DNA of 32,000 bases, taken from contig NC_017262.1 of the NCBI RefSeq assembly GCF_000175255.2, positions 120,001-152,000 of the forward strand, in the 5' to 3' direction. The notes beneath the pieces are model-generated. The model was not told the DNA's origin. It did not search any database and saw nothing but the letters and a program-made list of their open reading frames with translations. A program made the position numbers and the translations under genes. Every line of letters starts with the position of its first letter. The first letter of the stretch is position 1. Shown piece after piece: positions 8,356-18,566 of this stretch. This DNA comes from Zymomonas mobilis subsp. mobilis ATCC 10988. Lineage in GTDB: Bacteria > Pseudomonadota > Alphaproteobacteria > Sphingomonadales > Sphingomonadaceae.

Positions 8356-8593
8356 CTTAGTTATTCTATGATTGGGTCGGATACGGTTCAGTCTTACCGA
8401 GGTAATCTATCTTTCTTATTATAAGATCCATTCATTCTGTCCAGAATCATTATAAAATTTCAACCACAAAAAATGGCTGGATTGATAAGAATTTTTAAAT
8501 TTGATCTACCTCGAAAAAATTTTTCCCTTTTATCCGGATTACAAAATGTCTGACTGGCATTTTCGGTCAGAAAGTGCCAGACTTCATAAAAGA

Positions 8594-8618
8594 AACAAAA
8601 TATTATAGGCTTTGTTCC
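8594..8618 (-). promoter_or_regulatory. EcfG promoter-like element upstream of nepR
   Basis: Minus strand GGAAC-N16-TGTT, same spacing as the 6338-6362 element. Confidence 0.5.
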
Positions 8619-8699
8619 TGTCCTATTTCGGGATCTCTTTTATTTTCTCAAAATTTAACGATTAAATCGTTAACCTAAAAAGAAAAAAGTCTACAGGAA

Positions 8700-10178
8700 T
8701 TAGTCTTTCTTGGCGTTTCTCGCGGTTGTTTTCGGCACGGAATAGTTCAAAAACGGCGGAATCGGGCCATTCCAATCAATTGCCGTTTCCAAAGCAACCG
8801 GCTTCACACGCCGTAAATTTTCAGGCCGCAATGCCCGTTCCTGAGTCCGCGCCTTGCTAACAGGACGCGAAGCCGTGTTTCTTGGGGCTTGGTTTTTAGG
8901 AAAGTCACTTTCAACACTATCCAGCCGATCCTCTGGTGATTTTTTCGGAGTTTCGGCCTTTCTTGGGGCTTTCCTTGGGCTAGGCGCGGCTGATTTCTCT
9001 TGCGCAGGCTTTGCTTGTTTGGGGCTAACTGCTTCTTCGCTTTTAGACGGATGGGCATTTTTCTTTCTGTTCCCTAATCGAGGAATCTCGACGCCCATCA
9101 ATTTTTCAATCGCGGCTATCGCCTCTTCATCAGCAGGGGTAACAAAGGTCAAAGCCTCTCCACTAGCGCCGCCGCGTCCGGTGCGGCCAATGCGATGGAT
9201 ATAGTCATCAGGATGGGTCGGCACGTCAAAATTAAAGACATGACTGATCCCTTTAACATCCAATCCTCTTGCGGCGATATCGGAAGCAACCAGAACGCTG
9301 ATCTGACCATTTTTGAAGCGCTCAAGCTCACTGCCACGCTCTGGCTGGCTCATATCGCCATGAATCTGACCGACGGAAAAGCCTTGCTGCTCCAAGGTTG
9401 TTGCCAACTGTCTCACGGTCGTTTTACGGTTGCAAAAGATAATCGCCGTATGGTCTTTTTCCGCCCGCAGCATATCGCACAGCTTCTTTTTCTTCGAGCG
9501 GGGCGATACTTCAATCAAACGCTGATCAATCAGGGTATTGGCCGTTGCAGGACGACTGATTTCAATTTGTTTCGGGTTGGACAAGAAACGATCAGCCAGC
9601 TTTTTAATCGCAGGCGGCATCGTCGCTGAAAAAAGCAAAGTCTGACGACTGGTCGGCAATTTCGTGCAAATGGTTTCAATATCGGGAATAAATCCCATAT
9701 CGAGCATCCGGTCAGCTTCATCAATGACCAGCATTTCACAGCTTGAAAGCAGGATTTTCCCCCGCTCGAACAAATCAAGCAAACGTCCGGGGGTTGCAAT
9801 CAAAACATCCACCCCTTTTTCAAGGGCGGCTTGCTGTTCTGCCATCGGGACACCCCCGATTAGCAAAGACATCGATAATTTATGATATTTTCCGTATTTC
9901 TCGAAATTTTCGGCGACTTGAGCGGCCAATTCCCGCGTTGGTTCCAAAATTAGGGAACGCGGCATTCTTGCGCGACACCGCCCATGCGCCAAAATATCAA
10001 TCATCGGCAGAACAAAACTAGCCGTTTTGCCGGTGCCGGTTTGGGCAACCGCGATCAGGTCACGCATCATCAAAACAGACGGGATAGCCGTTGCCTGAAC
10101 AGGGGTGGGTTCTTCATATCCCAATTCGGCAACTGCTTGCAGTAGTTCTTTTGAAAGGCCTAGATCGGCAAAGCTCAT
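8700..10178 (-). CDS. rhlE: DEAD-box ATP-dependent RNA helicase, RhlE-like
   Basis: Q-motif, AVAQTGTGKT, DEAD, SAT, HRIGRTGR motifs and a basic C-terminal tail. Track ORF extends to 10220; MSFADLGL start at about 10178 fits the family better. Confidence 0.88.
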   Translation of the reverse strand: MSFADLGLSKELLQAVAELGYEEPTPVQATAIPSVLMMRDLIAVAQTGTGKTASFVLPMIDILAHGRCRARMPRSLILEPTRELAAQVAENFEKYGKYHKLSMSLLIGGVPMAEQQAALEKGVDVLIATPGRLLDLFERGKILLSSCEMLVIDEADRMLDMGFIPDIETICTKLPTSRQTLLFSATMPPAIKKLADRFLSNPKQIEISRPATANTLIDQRLIEVSPRSKKKKLCDMLRAEKDHTAIIFCNRKTTVRQLATTLEQQGFSVGQIHGDMSQPERGSELERFKNGQISVLVASDIAARGLDVKGISHVFNFDVPTHPDDYIHRIGRTGRGGASGEALTFVTPADEEAIAAIEKLMGVEIPRLGNRKKNAHPSKSEEAVSPKQAKPAQEKSAAPSPRKAPRKAETPKKSPEDRLDSVESDFPKNQAPRNTASRPVSKARTQERALRPENLRRVKPVALETAIDWNGPIPPFLNYSVPKTTARNAKKD

Positions 10179-10347
10179 GAAATATCTGACCAGAAACAGG
10201 CGATAATCCTTATCGGACATCGCGGATTAAATAAAATAAGATGCGGCATCCACATCTTGATAAGTGAAATTCTGCTATAGCAACGGATATCCAACCCCGC
10301 AAATTAAAGTGAATCTTAATTCACCGTCGCGGTCATGCCCGAGCCTT

Positions 10348-10857
10348 TTAGTGTTTAAAAACACCTTCAACCACACGGAATCGGTTAATCAGACATTCGC
10401 CACCCCATCTGGCATAAACAGGATCACGCTTGGCGCATATCTGTCCATCACGGCCTGCATGGACATAAAAACCGGAATAAAAATCAAGGGCAGGGCAATG
10501 CTCCAGATGCGCTCTTATCCGGCTGCCCCCTTTTAACATCAAATCAACGCTATCTTTTTCAGAAACAGCGGCGGCACCAATATCTTCTGGTGAGACGCAT
10601 TTCGGGCCCTTTTTCTCATGCCAGACCGCTTCAGGCGGAGGTGGCGGGGCATTATAGGGCGAATCCGGTGGCGGAGGCGGCGGAGGCAAAGGTCTTTGGT
10701 TGCGACCATTGGCATTTCTGACATTCAAATGGATTTCCATCACACCGGAATGTGGAAAATGGCGGGGCGGCATAGCCGACAGAGGCAAGGAAAAAAACAG
10801 GCATCCCCCGATAACGGGGCGAAGCAAAAATGCGCATCCCTTTTCTATCAATGACAT
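10348..10857 (-). CDS. Hypothetical secreted protein with polyproline tracts
   Basis: Track ORF 10348..10947; internal start MSLIEKGCAFLLRPVIGGCLFFSLPLSA gives a signal peptide; PLPPPPPPPDSPYNAPPPPPE. Confidence 0.6.
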   Translation of the reverse strand: MSLIEKGCAFLLRPVIGGCLFFSLPLSAMPPRHFPHSGVMEIHLNVRNANGRNQRPLPPPPPPPDSPYNAPPPPPEAVWHEKKGPKCVSPEDIGAAAVSEKDSVDLMLKGGSRIRAHLEHCPALDFYSGFYVHAGRDGQICAKRDPVYARWGGECLINRFRVVEGVFKH

Positions 10858-11104
10858 AATCTTGGCATAAGACCGCAAATTTCCCCTTGCTTTCGCCAGA
10901 GCATGGCAAAAAAAATATGAATTTCCGATGAATCTGATTGAAGTCAATCCATAAAATCCATCAAGATAGAAATAGCTGTTTCTACTTAATTATTCTTTTC
11001 AGTTCTTGTTATTCGTCCTACTATCTCTTCACTTTGACCAAAACGAAACCTACATTCGTTTGGCAAAGAAATGACAAGCCATATTCATTTAGGAGAGCGT
11101 TGTT

Positions 11105-12628
11105 ATGGCAAGAATCGCAAATAAAGCAGCCATAGATGCTGCATGGAAACAGGTTTCCGCTTGCTCAGAAAAAACTTTAAAACAGCTTTTTGAAGAAGAC
11201 AGTAACCGTCTTTCAGGTCTGGTTGTGGAGACAGCAAAACTCCGTTTTGATTTTTCCAAAAATCACCTTGATAGCCAGAAGCTGACTGCCTTCAAAAAGC
11301 TGTTAGAGGCTTGTGACTTTGATACCAGAAGAAAAGCGCTCTTTGCCGGTGAAAAAATCAATATAACAGAAGACCGTGCAGTTGAGCATATGGCCGAACG
11401 TGGACAGGGTGCCCCTGCCAGCGTCGCCCGCGCCAAAGAATATCATGCCCGGATGCGTACGCTGATCGAAGCTATCGATGCGGGTGCCTTCGGTGAAGTC
11501 AAACATTTATTGCATATCGGCATTGGCGGTTCTGCTCTCGGCCCCAAATTGCTGATTGATGCCCTGACTCGTGAATCTGGCCGCTATGATGTTGCGGTTG
11601 TTTCCAATGTTGACGGTCAGGCTCTGGAAGAAGTCTTCAAAAAATTCAATCCGCATAAAACCCTGATTGCGGTTGCTTCCAAGACCTTCACTACCGCAGA
11701 AACCATGCTGAACGCAGAATCCGCGATGGAATGGATGAAGAAGCATGGCGTCGAAGATCCTCAGGGTCGCATGATTGCCCTTACCGCCAATCCGGCGAAG
11801 GCTTCTGAAATGGGTATTGATGATACCCGCATCCTGCCTTTCGCAGAAAGCATCGGCGGCCGCTATTCTCTGTGGTCTTCCATCGGTTTTCCGGCGGCGC
11901 TGGCTCTTGGATGGGAAGGCTTCCAGCAGCTTCTCGAAGGTGGCGCGGCTATGGATCGCCATTTCCTCGAAGCCGCTCCTGAAAAGAACGCGCCTATTCT
12001 GGCTGCTTTTGCTGACCAGTATTACAGCGCCGTCCGCGGTGCGCAGACTCATGGCATTTTCGCCTATGACGAACGCCTGCAACTTTTGCCTTTCTATCTC
12101 CAGCAGTTGGAAATGGAATCCAATGGTAAACGCGTTGACCTCGATGGCAATCTGATTGATCATCCCAGCGCTTTCATCACTTGGGGCGGTGTCGGCACCG
12201 ATGCCCAACATGCGGTATTCCAGCTTTTGCATCAGGGAACGCGTCTGGTTCCGATCGAATTTATCGCTGCTATCAAAGCAGACGATACTTTAAATCCGGT
12301 GCATCATAAAACCTTGCTGACCAACGCCTTCGCACAGGGTGCCGCCCTGATGAGTGGCCGCGACAACAAGGATCCGGCACGTTCTTATCCGGGTGACCGT
12401 CCGTCAACGACGATCCTGATGGAAGAATTGCGTCCGGCTCAGTTGGGTGCTTTGATTGCCTTCTACGAACATCGCACTTTCACGAATGGTGTTCTTTTGG
12501 GCATCAACAGCTTTGACCAGTTCGGTGTTGAACTCGGAAAAGAAATGGCTCACGCCATTGCCGATCATCCTGAAAATTCCGATTTCGACCCGTCAACCAA
12601 GGCTTTGATTGCGGCTGCTTTGAAATAG
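11105..12628 (+). CDS. pgi: Glucose-6-phosphate isomerase
   Basis: HIGIGGSALGPKLL, full length 507 aa, GTRLVPIEF, C-terminal FDQFGVELGKEMA motif. Confidence 0.97.
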   Translation: MARIANKAAIDAAWKQVSACSEKTLKQLFEEDSNRLSGLVVETAKLRFDFSKNHLDSQKLTAFKKLLEACDFDTRRKALFAGEKINITEDRAVEHMAERGQGAPASVARAKEYHARMRTLIEAIDAGAFGEVKHLLHIGIGGSALGPKLLIDALTRESGRYDVAVVSNVDGQALEEVFKKFNPHKTLIAVASKTFTTAETMLNAESAMEWMKKHGVEDPQGRMIALTANPAKASEMGIDDTRILPFAESIGGRYSLWSSIGFPAALALGWEGFQQLLEGGAAMDRHFLEAAPEKNAPILAAFADQYYSAVRGAQTHGIFAYDERLQLLPFYLQQLEMESNGKRVDLDGNLIDHPSAFITWGGVGTDAQHAVFQLLHQGTRLVPIEFIAAIKADDTLNPVHHKTLLTNAFAQGAALMSGRDNKDPARSYPGDRPSTTILMEELRPAQLGALIAFYEHRTFTNGVLLGINSFDQFGVELGKEMAHAIADHPENSDFDPSTKALIAAALK

Positions 12629-12710
12629 GTTTCCGCTTTCTTCAATCGCTCTGATCGTGATCCTTAGCTGGATTTCACTATCTGAAACGGTCATTCTTCA
12701 CTTTATCAGC

Positions 12711-12745
12711 AACCGATATCCGTTCTCTTCGGATATCGGTTAAAA
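12711..12745 (+). terminator. Rho-independent-like hairpin after pgi
   Basis: AACCGATATCCG-TTCTCTT-CGGATATCGGTT, 12-bp perfect stem between pgi and gor. Confidence 0.65.
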
Positions 12746-12790
12746 AGGAAAGGCAGCCATTCTGCCCAACCGGATAAGGGAAGATGAAAT

Positions 12791-14137
12791 ATGACAGATT
12801 ATGATTTCGATCTTTTTGTGATCGGAGCCGGATCGGGAGGTGTCAGAGCCTCCCGCATTGCCGCTTCTCATGGGGCATCCGTAGCCATTGCGGAAGAATA
12901 CCGTATCGGCGGCACCTGCGTCATACGGGGCTGCGTTCCCAAAAAAATGCTTTATTACGCCGCCGATTTCGCGGCAGATCTGAAAAAAGCCCAGCGCTTC
13001 GGCTGGACATTACCCGAAAAAAAATTCGACTGGTCAACGCTTCGCGATGTCGTTTTATCCGATGTAACGCGGCTTGAAGGTCTCTATACTCAAACGCTCG
13101 ATAATAATCATATCACCCATTACAAAGAACATGCGGTGATCGAAGGCGCGAATCAGATTCGTTTAGCCAGCGGTAAAAAAATTACGGCGCGTTATATTCT
13201 GGTCGCAGTGGGAGCAGAGCCGGCTAAACTCGACATTCCGGGGGCAGAATATGCCGTCACTTCCAATGAAATGTTTCTGCTGCCTTCCTTGCCCAAGCGC
13301 GCTTTAGTCGTCGGCGGTGGCTATATCGCTAATGAATTTGCCGGAATTTTGAATAGCTTTGGCGTCGAAACCACCATAGCCACGCATGGCGACCGTATTT
13401 TACGCGGCTATGATGAAGAAATCGCTGCAAGACTGGTTGAGATAGGGCAGGGGCATGGCATCGATTACCGTTTCAATGCCGATATTGCTCGCATCGACAA
13501 AGACTCATCCGGCCGTCTTACCACTCATTTCAAAGATGGCAGCCAGATAGAAAGCGATCTTGTCTTATTCGCGATTGGACGGGTCGCCAAAAGCCGTGAC
13601 CTCGGCTTGGACAAGGCTGATGTCAAAACCAATGATCGCGGGGCTATTCTGGTCGATGAAGAAAATCGGACAAGCTGCCCCTCTATTTATGCTGTCGGCG
13701 ATGTCACCGATCGGGTGCAATTAACGCCGGTCGCCATTCGGGAAGGACAAGCCTTTGCGGATCGGGTTTTCGGTCATAAAGCGGCCTCGGTCGATTATGA
13801 TACTATTCCGACGGCGGTTTTCTCTCACCCGCCTCTCGCCAGCGCAGGTCTGACCGAAGAGGAAGCCAAAAAACGCTATAAAAATATTAAGATCTATAAA
13901 TCCAATTTCCGGCCGATGCGGAATGCTTTGATCGACAGCCCCGATCGCGCGCTTTATAAAATGGTTGTTGATGGTGACAGCGATAAAGTCTTGGGTCTCC
14001 ATCTGATCGGTCAGGATTCTCCTGAAATTATCCAGTTGGCAGCGGTCGCTATCAAGGCAGGCTTAACGAAACAGGCCTTCAACGACACGGTCGCTCTCCA
14101 TCCCAGTAGCGCTGAAGAACTTGTTTTAATGCGATAA
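12791..14137 (+). CDS. gor: Glutathione-disulfide reductase
   Basis: IGAGSGGVRASRIAA, GGTCVIRGCVPKKMLYYAA redox motif, GYIANEFAG, C-terminal LHPSSAEELV. Confidence 0.94.
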   Translation: MTDYDFDLFVIGAGSGGVRASRIAASHGASVAIAEEYRIGGTCVIRGCVPKKMLYYAADFAADLKKAQRFGWTLPEKKFDWSTLRDVVLSDVTRLEGLYTQTLDNNHITHYKEHAVIEGANQIRLASGKKITARYILVAVGAEPAKLDIPGAEYAVTSNEMFLLPSLPKRALVVGGGYIANEFAGILNSFGVETTIATHGDRILRGYDEEIAARLVEIGQGHGIDYRFNADIARIDKDSSGRLTTHFKDGSQIESDLVLFAIGRVAKSRDLGLDKADVKTNDRGAILVDEENRTSCPSIYAVGDVTDRVQLTPVAIREGQAFADRVFGHKAASVDYDTIPTAVFSHPPLASAGLTEEEAKKRYKNIKIYKSNFRPMRNALIDSPDRALYKMVVDGDSDKVLGLHLIGQDSPEIIQLAAVAIKAGLTKQAFNDTVALHPSSAEELVLMR

Positions 14138-14311
14138 TTTGGCGCTCTCGCAAATCGCTTTTGGTCAAAAAAGAGGCGTATTCCGATAAAATACTGTTTT
14201 TTATTCATCTTTCTTTTGAAATCTCTTGACCAAAACGAAAACACAATTTAATTGAGCCGGACATCCACGGACATGCATCAAGTTTTCTTCCGCTGTCCGG
14301 CTCGATATTAT

Positions 14312-14389
14312 GGCGATCGTAGCTCAATTGGTTAGAGCGCCGGTTTGTGGTACCGGAGGTTGCGGGTTCAATTCCCGTCGATCGCCCCA
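14312..14389 (+). tRNA. tRNA-His(GTG), CCA encoded
   Basis: Cloverleaf: G-1 then acceptor GCGATCG/CGATCGC, anticodon loop with GTG, GGTTCAATTCC T-arm, CCA at 14387-14389. Confidence 0.95.
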
Positions 14390-14603
14390 TTTTTCCTTAA
14401 AAAATATCTCTTTATGCGCCAAATCACATGTAATTTATTCTGCAATATTATATTTTTCTTGCAGAATGGCTCATATCGTGATTGTTGCAAGAACAGCAGA
14501 GGGTCATAATCCCTTTTTTGCTTTCGGTTCATTTGCGGGAAATATTATTTTTTAGCTCTTTTTTGCAAAGAACCTTTTTTTTATCGATAAAACGGAGATC
14601 GTT

Positions 14604-16562
14604 ATGAGTAACGATACTTCCCCGGGGACATCATCTGTGGATAGCAAATCTTCAGATCCCTCTTATGGGGTTCCCGGACATAGTCATAGCGACAAAGATC
14701 TATTGAAATTGTCGCTAGGGGCAATCGGTATTGTTTTTGGTGATATCGGTACCAGCCCTCTCTATGCACTGAAAGAATGTTTCAAAGGTCATCACCAACT
14801 TCCGGTGGATGATTTTCATATATATGGCTTGGTCAGCCTCATCTTCTGGACGATGGGGTTGGTCGTTACGGTCAAATATGTGATGTTTATTATGAAGGCC
14901 GATAATAAGGGCGAGGGCGGCAGTATGTCGTTGCTATCTCTTATTATCCGCGGAGCCAATCCGAAACTCAGCCGATGGCTGATTGTGCTCGGGGTGTTTG
15001 CTACGGCGCTTTTCTACGGCGACAGCATGATTACCCCTGCGATGTCGGTGCTTTCTGCGGTCGAAGGTCTAACGGTTATCGAACCCTCTTTTGACAGTTG
15101 GGTGCCACCGGTTTCCGTGGTTATTCTCATCGGCCTGTTTTGTATTCAGGCGAGGGGAACGGAATCAGTGGGTCGGCTTTTCGGGCCCATTATGCTGGTT
15201 TATTTTGCGACATTGGCCATTTTGGGTGCCTTTAACATCATCACCCGCAGCCCAGCCATCCTTCTCGCACTTAATCCCTATTATGCCATTCATTTCTTTG
15301 TATCTGATCCGTTGCAGGGCTTTTGGGCATTGGGATCGGTTGTGCTTTCAGTAACAGGTGCCGAGGCGCTTTATGCTGATATGGGGCATTTTGGACGGCA
15401 ACCGATTTCTCTTGGTTGGTATTGGGTGGTTTTTCCGGCTTTAACGCTGAATTATCTCGGACAATGCGCGCTTCTTAGTGCTGACCACGAAGCCATCGCC
15501 AATCCCTTCTATTTTCTGGCACCGGATTTCTTGCGTGTGCCGTTGATTATTCTCGCAACCTTTGCGGCGGTTATTGCCAGTCAGGCGGTTATCACCGGAG
15601 CCTTCTCGGTTACGCAACAGGCCATTCAGCTCGGTTATATCCCGCGTTTGCGCGTGAACCATACCAGCGCCAGCACTGTCGGGCAGATTTACATCCCTTC
15701 GGTTAATTGGGTCTTGATGTTTATGGTCATGGTGCTGATCGCCATGTTCAAAAACTCGACTAATCTAGCGAATGCTTACGGTATCGCTGTGACCGGTACG
15801 ATGTTTATCACTTCCTGTATGATGGGGGTTCTGGTTCATCGGGTTTGGCATTGGAAGGCATGGCAATCCATTCCTTTGGTTTCCTTCTTCCTTTTGATCG
15901 ACGGCGCTTTCTTCCTGTCCAACGTGACAAAGATTCCTGAAGGCGGTTGGTTCCCGCTTTTGGTCGGCTTCGTTGTTTTCACGATGCTGATGACTTGGTC
16001 ACGCGGTCGCCATTTAATGGCGGAAAGAATGCGGCAGGTCGCCATGCCGATCCAGCTTTTCATCCGCTCGGCAGCGGCTTCGGCTGTCCGTATTCCGGGA
16101 ACGGCTATCTTCCTCACGCCAGAAGATGATGGCGTGCCTCATGCGCTGCTTCACAATCTCAAACACAACAAGATTCTTCACGAAAGAGTTATTCTTCTGA
16201 CCGTGAAAATCGAAGATGTGCCTTATGTGGATCCGCATTATCGCGCCAGCATGAGCAGCCTTGAAGATGGCTTCTATCGCCTGATCGTGCGTTACGGCTT
16301 TATGGAAGAACCTGACGTGCCTTTGGCACTCAATAAAATCGAACAGTCGGGGCCCATGCTCCGAATGGACGATACCAGCTTCTTTATCTCTCGTCAGACA
16401 CTTATCCCGTCAACCCATACCAGTATGGCAATTTGGCGCGAAAAGCTGTTTGCATGGATGCTACGTAACTCTGAAAGTGCAACAGAGTTCTTTAAACTGC
16501 CTAGCAACCGCGTGGTTGAATTGGGTAGCCAGATCGAACTCGTCGGCAGTAACGGAAAATAG
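14604..16562 (+). CDS. kup: Low-affinity potassium transporter Kup
   Basis: [25 protein letters not shown], 12-TM layout, 652 aa. Confidence 0.97.
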   Translation: MSNDTSPGTSSVDSKSSDPSYGVPGHSHSDKDLLKLSLGAIGIVFGDIGTSPLYALKECFKGHHQLPVDDFHIYGLVSLIFWTMGLVVTVKYVMFIMKADNKGEGGSMSLLSLIIRGANPKLSRWLIVLGVFATALFYGDSMITPAMSVLSAVEGLTVIEPSFDSWVPPVSVVILIGLFCIQARGTESVGRLFGPIMLVYFATLAILGAFNIITRSPAILLALNPYYAIHFFVSDPLQGFWALGSVVLSVTGAEALYADMGHFGRQPISLGWYWVVFPALTLNYLGQCALLSADHEAIANPFYFLAPDFLRVPLIILATFAAVIASQAVITGAFSVTQQAIQLGYIPRLRVNHTSASTVGQIYIPSVNWVLMFMVMVLIAMFKNSTNLANAYGIAVTGTMFITSCMMGVLVHRVWHWKAWQSIPLVSFFLLIDGAFFLSNVTKIPEGGWFPLLVGFVVFTMLMTWSRGRHLMAERMRQVAMPIQLFIRSAAASAVRIPGTAIFLTPEDDGVPHALLHNLKHNKILHERVILLTVKIEDVPYVDPHYRASMSSLEDGFYRLIVRYGFMEEPDVPLALNKIEQSGPMLRMDDTSFFISRQTLIPSTHTSMAIWREKLFAWMLRNSESATEFFKLPSNRVVELGSQIELVGSNGK

Positions 16563-16668
16563 GGCAGGGGAAAGATGGGATAAAAAGAATGGTTGTTCTT
16601 CTATCCTATCGGAAGACAGCCTCTTCCACTCAGGATTGAGGCCTTCTTCTTTAACCTTTCCCTCCTAA

Positions 16669-16705
16669 AAAAACGCTGTTCCGATTATTCGGAGCAGCGT
16701 TTTTC
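16669..16705 (+). terminator. Rho-independent terminator after kup
   Basis: AAACGCTG-T-TCCG loop CGGA-G-CAGCGTTTTTC. Confidence 0.8.
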
Positions 16706-17266
16706 TTTGTCCTGCTATCACCCTATCGCAGAGGCTACAGACGATAATCACGGTTTCTATCGTAAGCGTTTTTATATCTCAAACTAGCCCATCACGTCCT
16801 TAAGAAGGGCTTCTCCTAGTCCGTACCTCTTGCGGCTCAAATTCATCCATCTAGCTGCATGGAGGAAAAGACCTATCCCACTAGAGACCAATCTCCGTGC
16901 AAAAATTCACGGCTTCTTTTCTGGCCAAGGAAATCAAAATCCTTATCCAAATCACCAGATAGTGGCCATCATTTCTCTTTCGGGTATTTTCGGGCTAGTT
17001 TTTACCCTTGTTTGTCTCAAAAGGCTCTCTTTAAAAGCCAATCAAAAGATATTGGGCTTTTCTTCGCTCATAGCTCAAAATAGCTTTTTCATCCAAAAGC
17101 CGGATAAAGCAGGCCTTCATTCTCGCGCTAAGAATCCCAAACTCGATTTTTCTTAAAAAAAACAAACAGAAATAACAAAATACCGAAAAAAACAGTTGAC
17201 CAAATACCTGCCTTTCTCTTATACGCACGCCTCGTCAGCTAATAAATTTTGCGACGCAAAATGAAT

Positions 17267-17343
17267 GGCGGAGTAGCTCAGCTGGTTAGAGCAGCGGAAT
17301 CATAATCCGCGTGTCGGGGGTTCAAGTCCCTCCTCCGCTACCA
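17267..17343 (+). tRNA. tRNA-Met(CAT), elongator type, CCA encoded
   Basis: Cloverleaf GGCGGAG..CTCCGCT-A-CCA; anticodon arm GCGGA-ATCATAA-TCCGC; lacks the initiator-type GGG/CCC anticodon stem. Confidence 0.93.
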
Positions 17344-17449
17344 TCCTTAAAATTAAATCTTCCCAAAAAATAAATGGCTCATTCCAGATTATTTCTGCGC
17401 CATTTTATCCGCCTCCCCATAACAAATGGACGCCTTAATTCCTTAGCGC

Positions 17450-17483
17450 TTATGGCGGTATCATCGCTATAACACCGCCATAA
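17450..17483. terminator. Hairpin between tRNA-Met and the nitrilase 3' end
   Basis: TTATGGCGGT (17450-17459) / ACCGCCATAA (17474-17483), perfect 10-bp arms. Confidence 0.45.
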
Positions 17484-17502
17484 AAACAAAAACCGCTCAA
17501 TT

Positions 17503-18501
17503 TTAATCTAATTGAGAGATCTCACTATCGGAGACAGGCTTCTTCTCTGTTGCCGGATCGCGGGAAAATTGATCTGTAATGACTTGATGTGATTGGCGAT
17601 CGACCTTGATTTCAAAAATATCGGGCCGCCCATAATGACCTGATACATCCAAATCATAGCGCGCCTTGATCGTGTCTGATAAATCAATATCTGCTACCAG
17701 AACACCTTCCTGACCATAGAGGGGGCCCGCCAAAATATTGCCCATCGGGTCGATGATGACACTTCCGCCCGCAATCAGTTCTGTTTCTGGATCATTGCCC
17801 TGTATGCAATCATAGTCTGCGGGCGCATCTGCTCGCGTCATATATTGGCAGGCACTCAAAACAAATAATCGACCTTCATAAGCAATATGGCGCATAGATA
17901 CCTGCCATATCTCCCGCTGATCGACTGTTGGCGCACACCAAATATTGACACCGCCCGCATACATAACCTGACGCAGCGCAGGCATATAATTTTCCCAGCA
18001 GATAGCCGCGCCCAATTTTCCAACGGCCGTATCCAAAATTTCTATGGTTGACCCATCACCTTGCCCCCATACCAGCCGTTCAGTCGCTGTAGGCATCAAT
18101 TTGCGATGTTTGCCTATCAATGTCCCGTCGGGGGCAAAAAACAAAGCGGTGCAATAAAGCGTCGCTTCCGAACGCTCGATTACACCCACCACTAAATAGG
18201 CTTTCATTTTGGCAGCAAAGCTACCTATGCGAGCCGTTTCTTTTCCGGGGACATCAATAGCCGCTTTCCAATAACGCAAGAAATCTTCTCGTCCGGCTTC
18301 TGTCCGTGTGCCCATTCTCGCGCCAAAGTCTAACCCTTTGGGGTATCCTCCAATATAGGCTTCAGGAAAAACGGCCAACTCAACATTCTGCTCTGCGGCC
18401 TGACAGCAAAGCGCTTCCATTCGATCCAATGTTTTTTCAGTATCAAACAGGCTGGTTCCAGCTTGGATAACTGCTACGCGATGACAACTCATTCTATTCA
18501 T
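17503..18501 (-). CDS. Nitrilase (carbon-nitrogen hydrolase family)
   Basis: Catalytic triad contexts FPEAYIGGYPKG (E), KHRKLMPTATERLVWGQGDG (K), GAAICWENYMP (C). Confidence 0.93.
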   Translation of the reverse strand: MNRMSCHRVAVIQAGTSLFDTEKTLDRMEALCCQAAEQNVELAVFPEAYIGGYPKGLDFGARMGTRTEAGREDFLRYWKAAIDVPGKETARIGSFAAKMKAYLVVGVIERSEATLYCTALFFAPDGTLIGKHRKLMPTATERLVWGQGDGSTIEILDTAVGKLGAAICWENYMPALRQVMYAGGVNIWCAPTVDQREIWQVSMRHIAYEGRLFVLSACQYMTRADAPADYDCIQGNDPETELIAGGSVIIDPMGNILAGPLYGQEGVLVADIDLSDTIKARYDLDVSGHYGRPDIFEIKVDRQSHQVITDQFSRDPATEKKPVSDSEISQLD

Positions 18502-18537
18502 CTCCTTAATAAGCTGTCGGAAATATTGCGCTTGGCC

Positions 18538-18566
18538 ATCATATCATTCAAATCGAATGATATGAT
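18538..18566. promoter_or_regulatory. Perfect inverted repeat, probable LysR-regulator binding site
   Basis: ATCATATCATTC-AAATC-GAATGATATGAT; overlaps the ATG at 18562. Confidence 0.6.

Noticed and set aside
8655-8673. 19-bp palindrome TTAACGATTAAATCGTTAA after the helicase gene
   Set aside because: AT-rich short stem; most simply a weak helicase 3' terminator, insufficient evidence for more.
14310-14555. 81-aa ORF starting in tRNA-His
   Set aside because: It translates through the tRNA; a common false positive.
18463-18561. N-terminal extension of the LysR regulator
   Set aside because: Would overlap the divergent nitrilase gene; MIRKINISD at 18562 fits LysR-family N-termini better.
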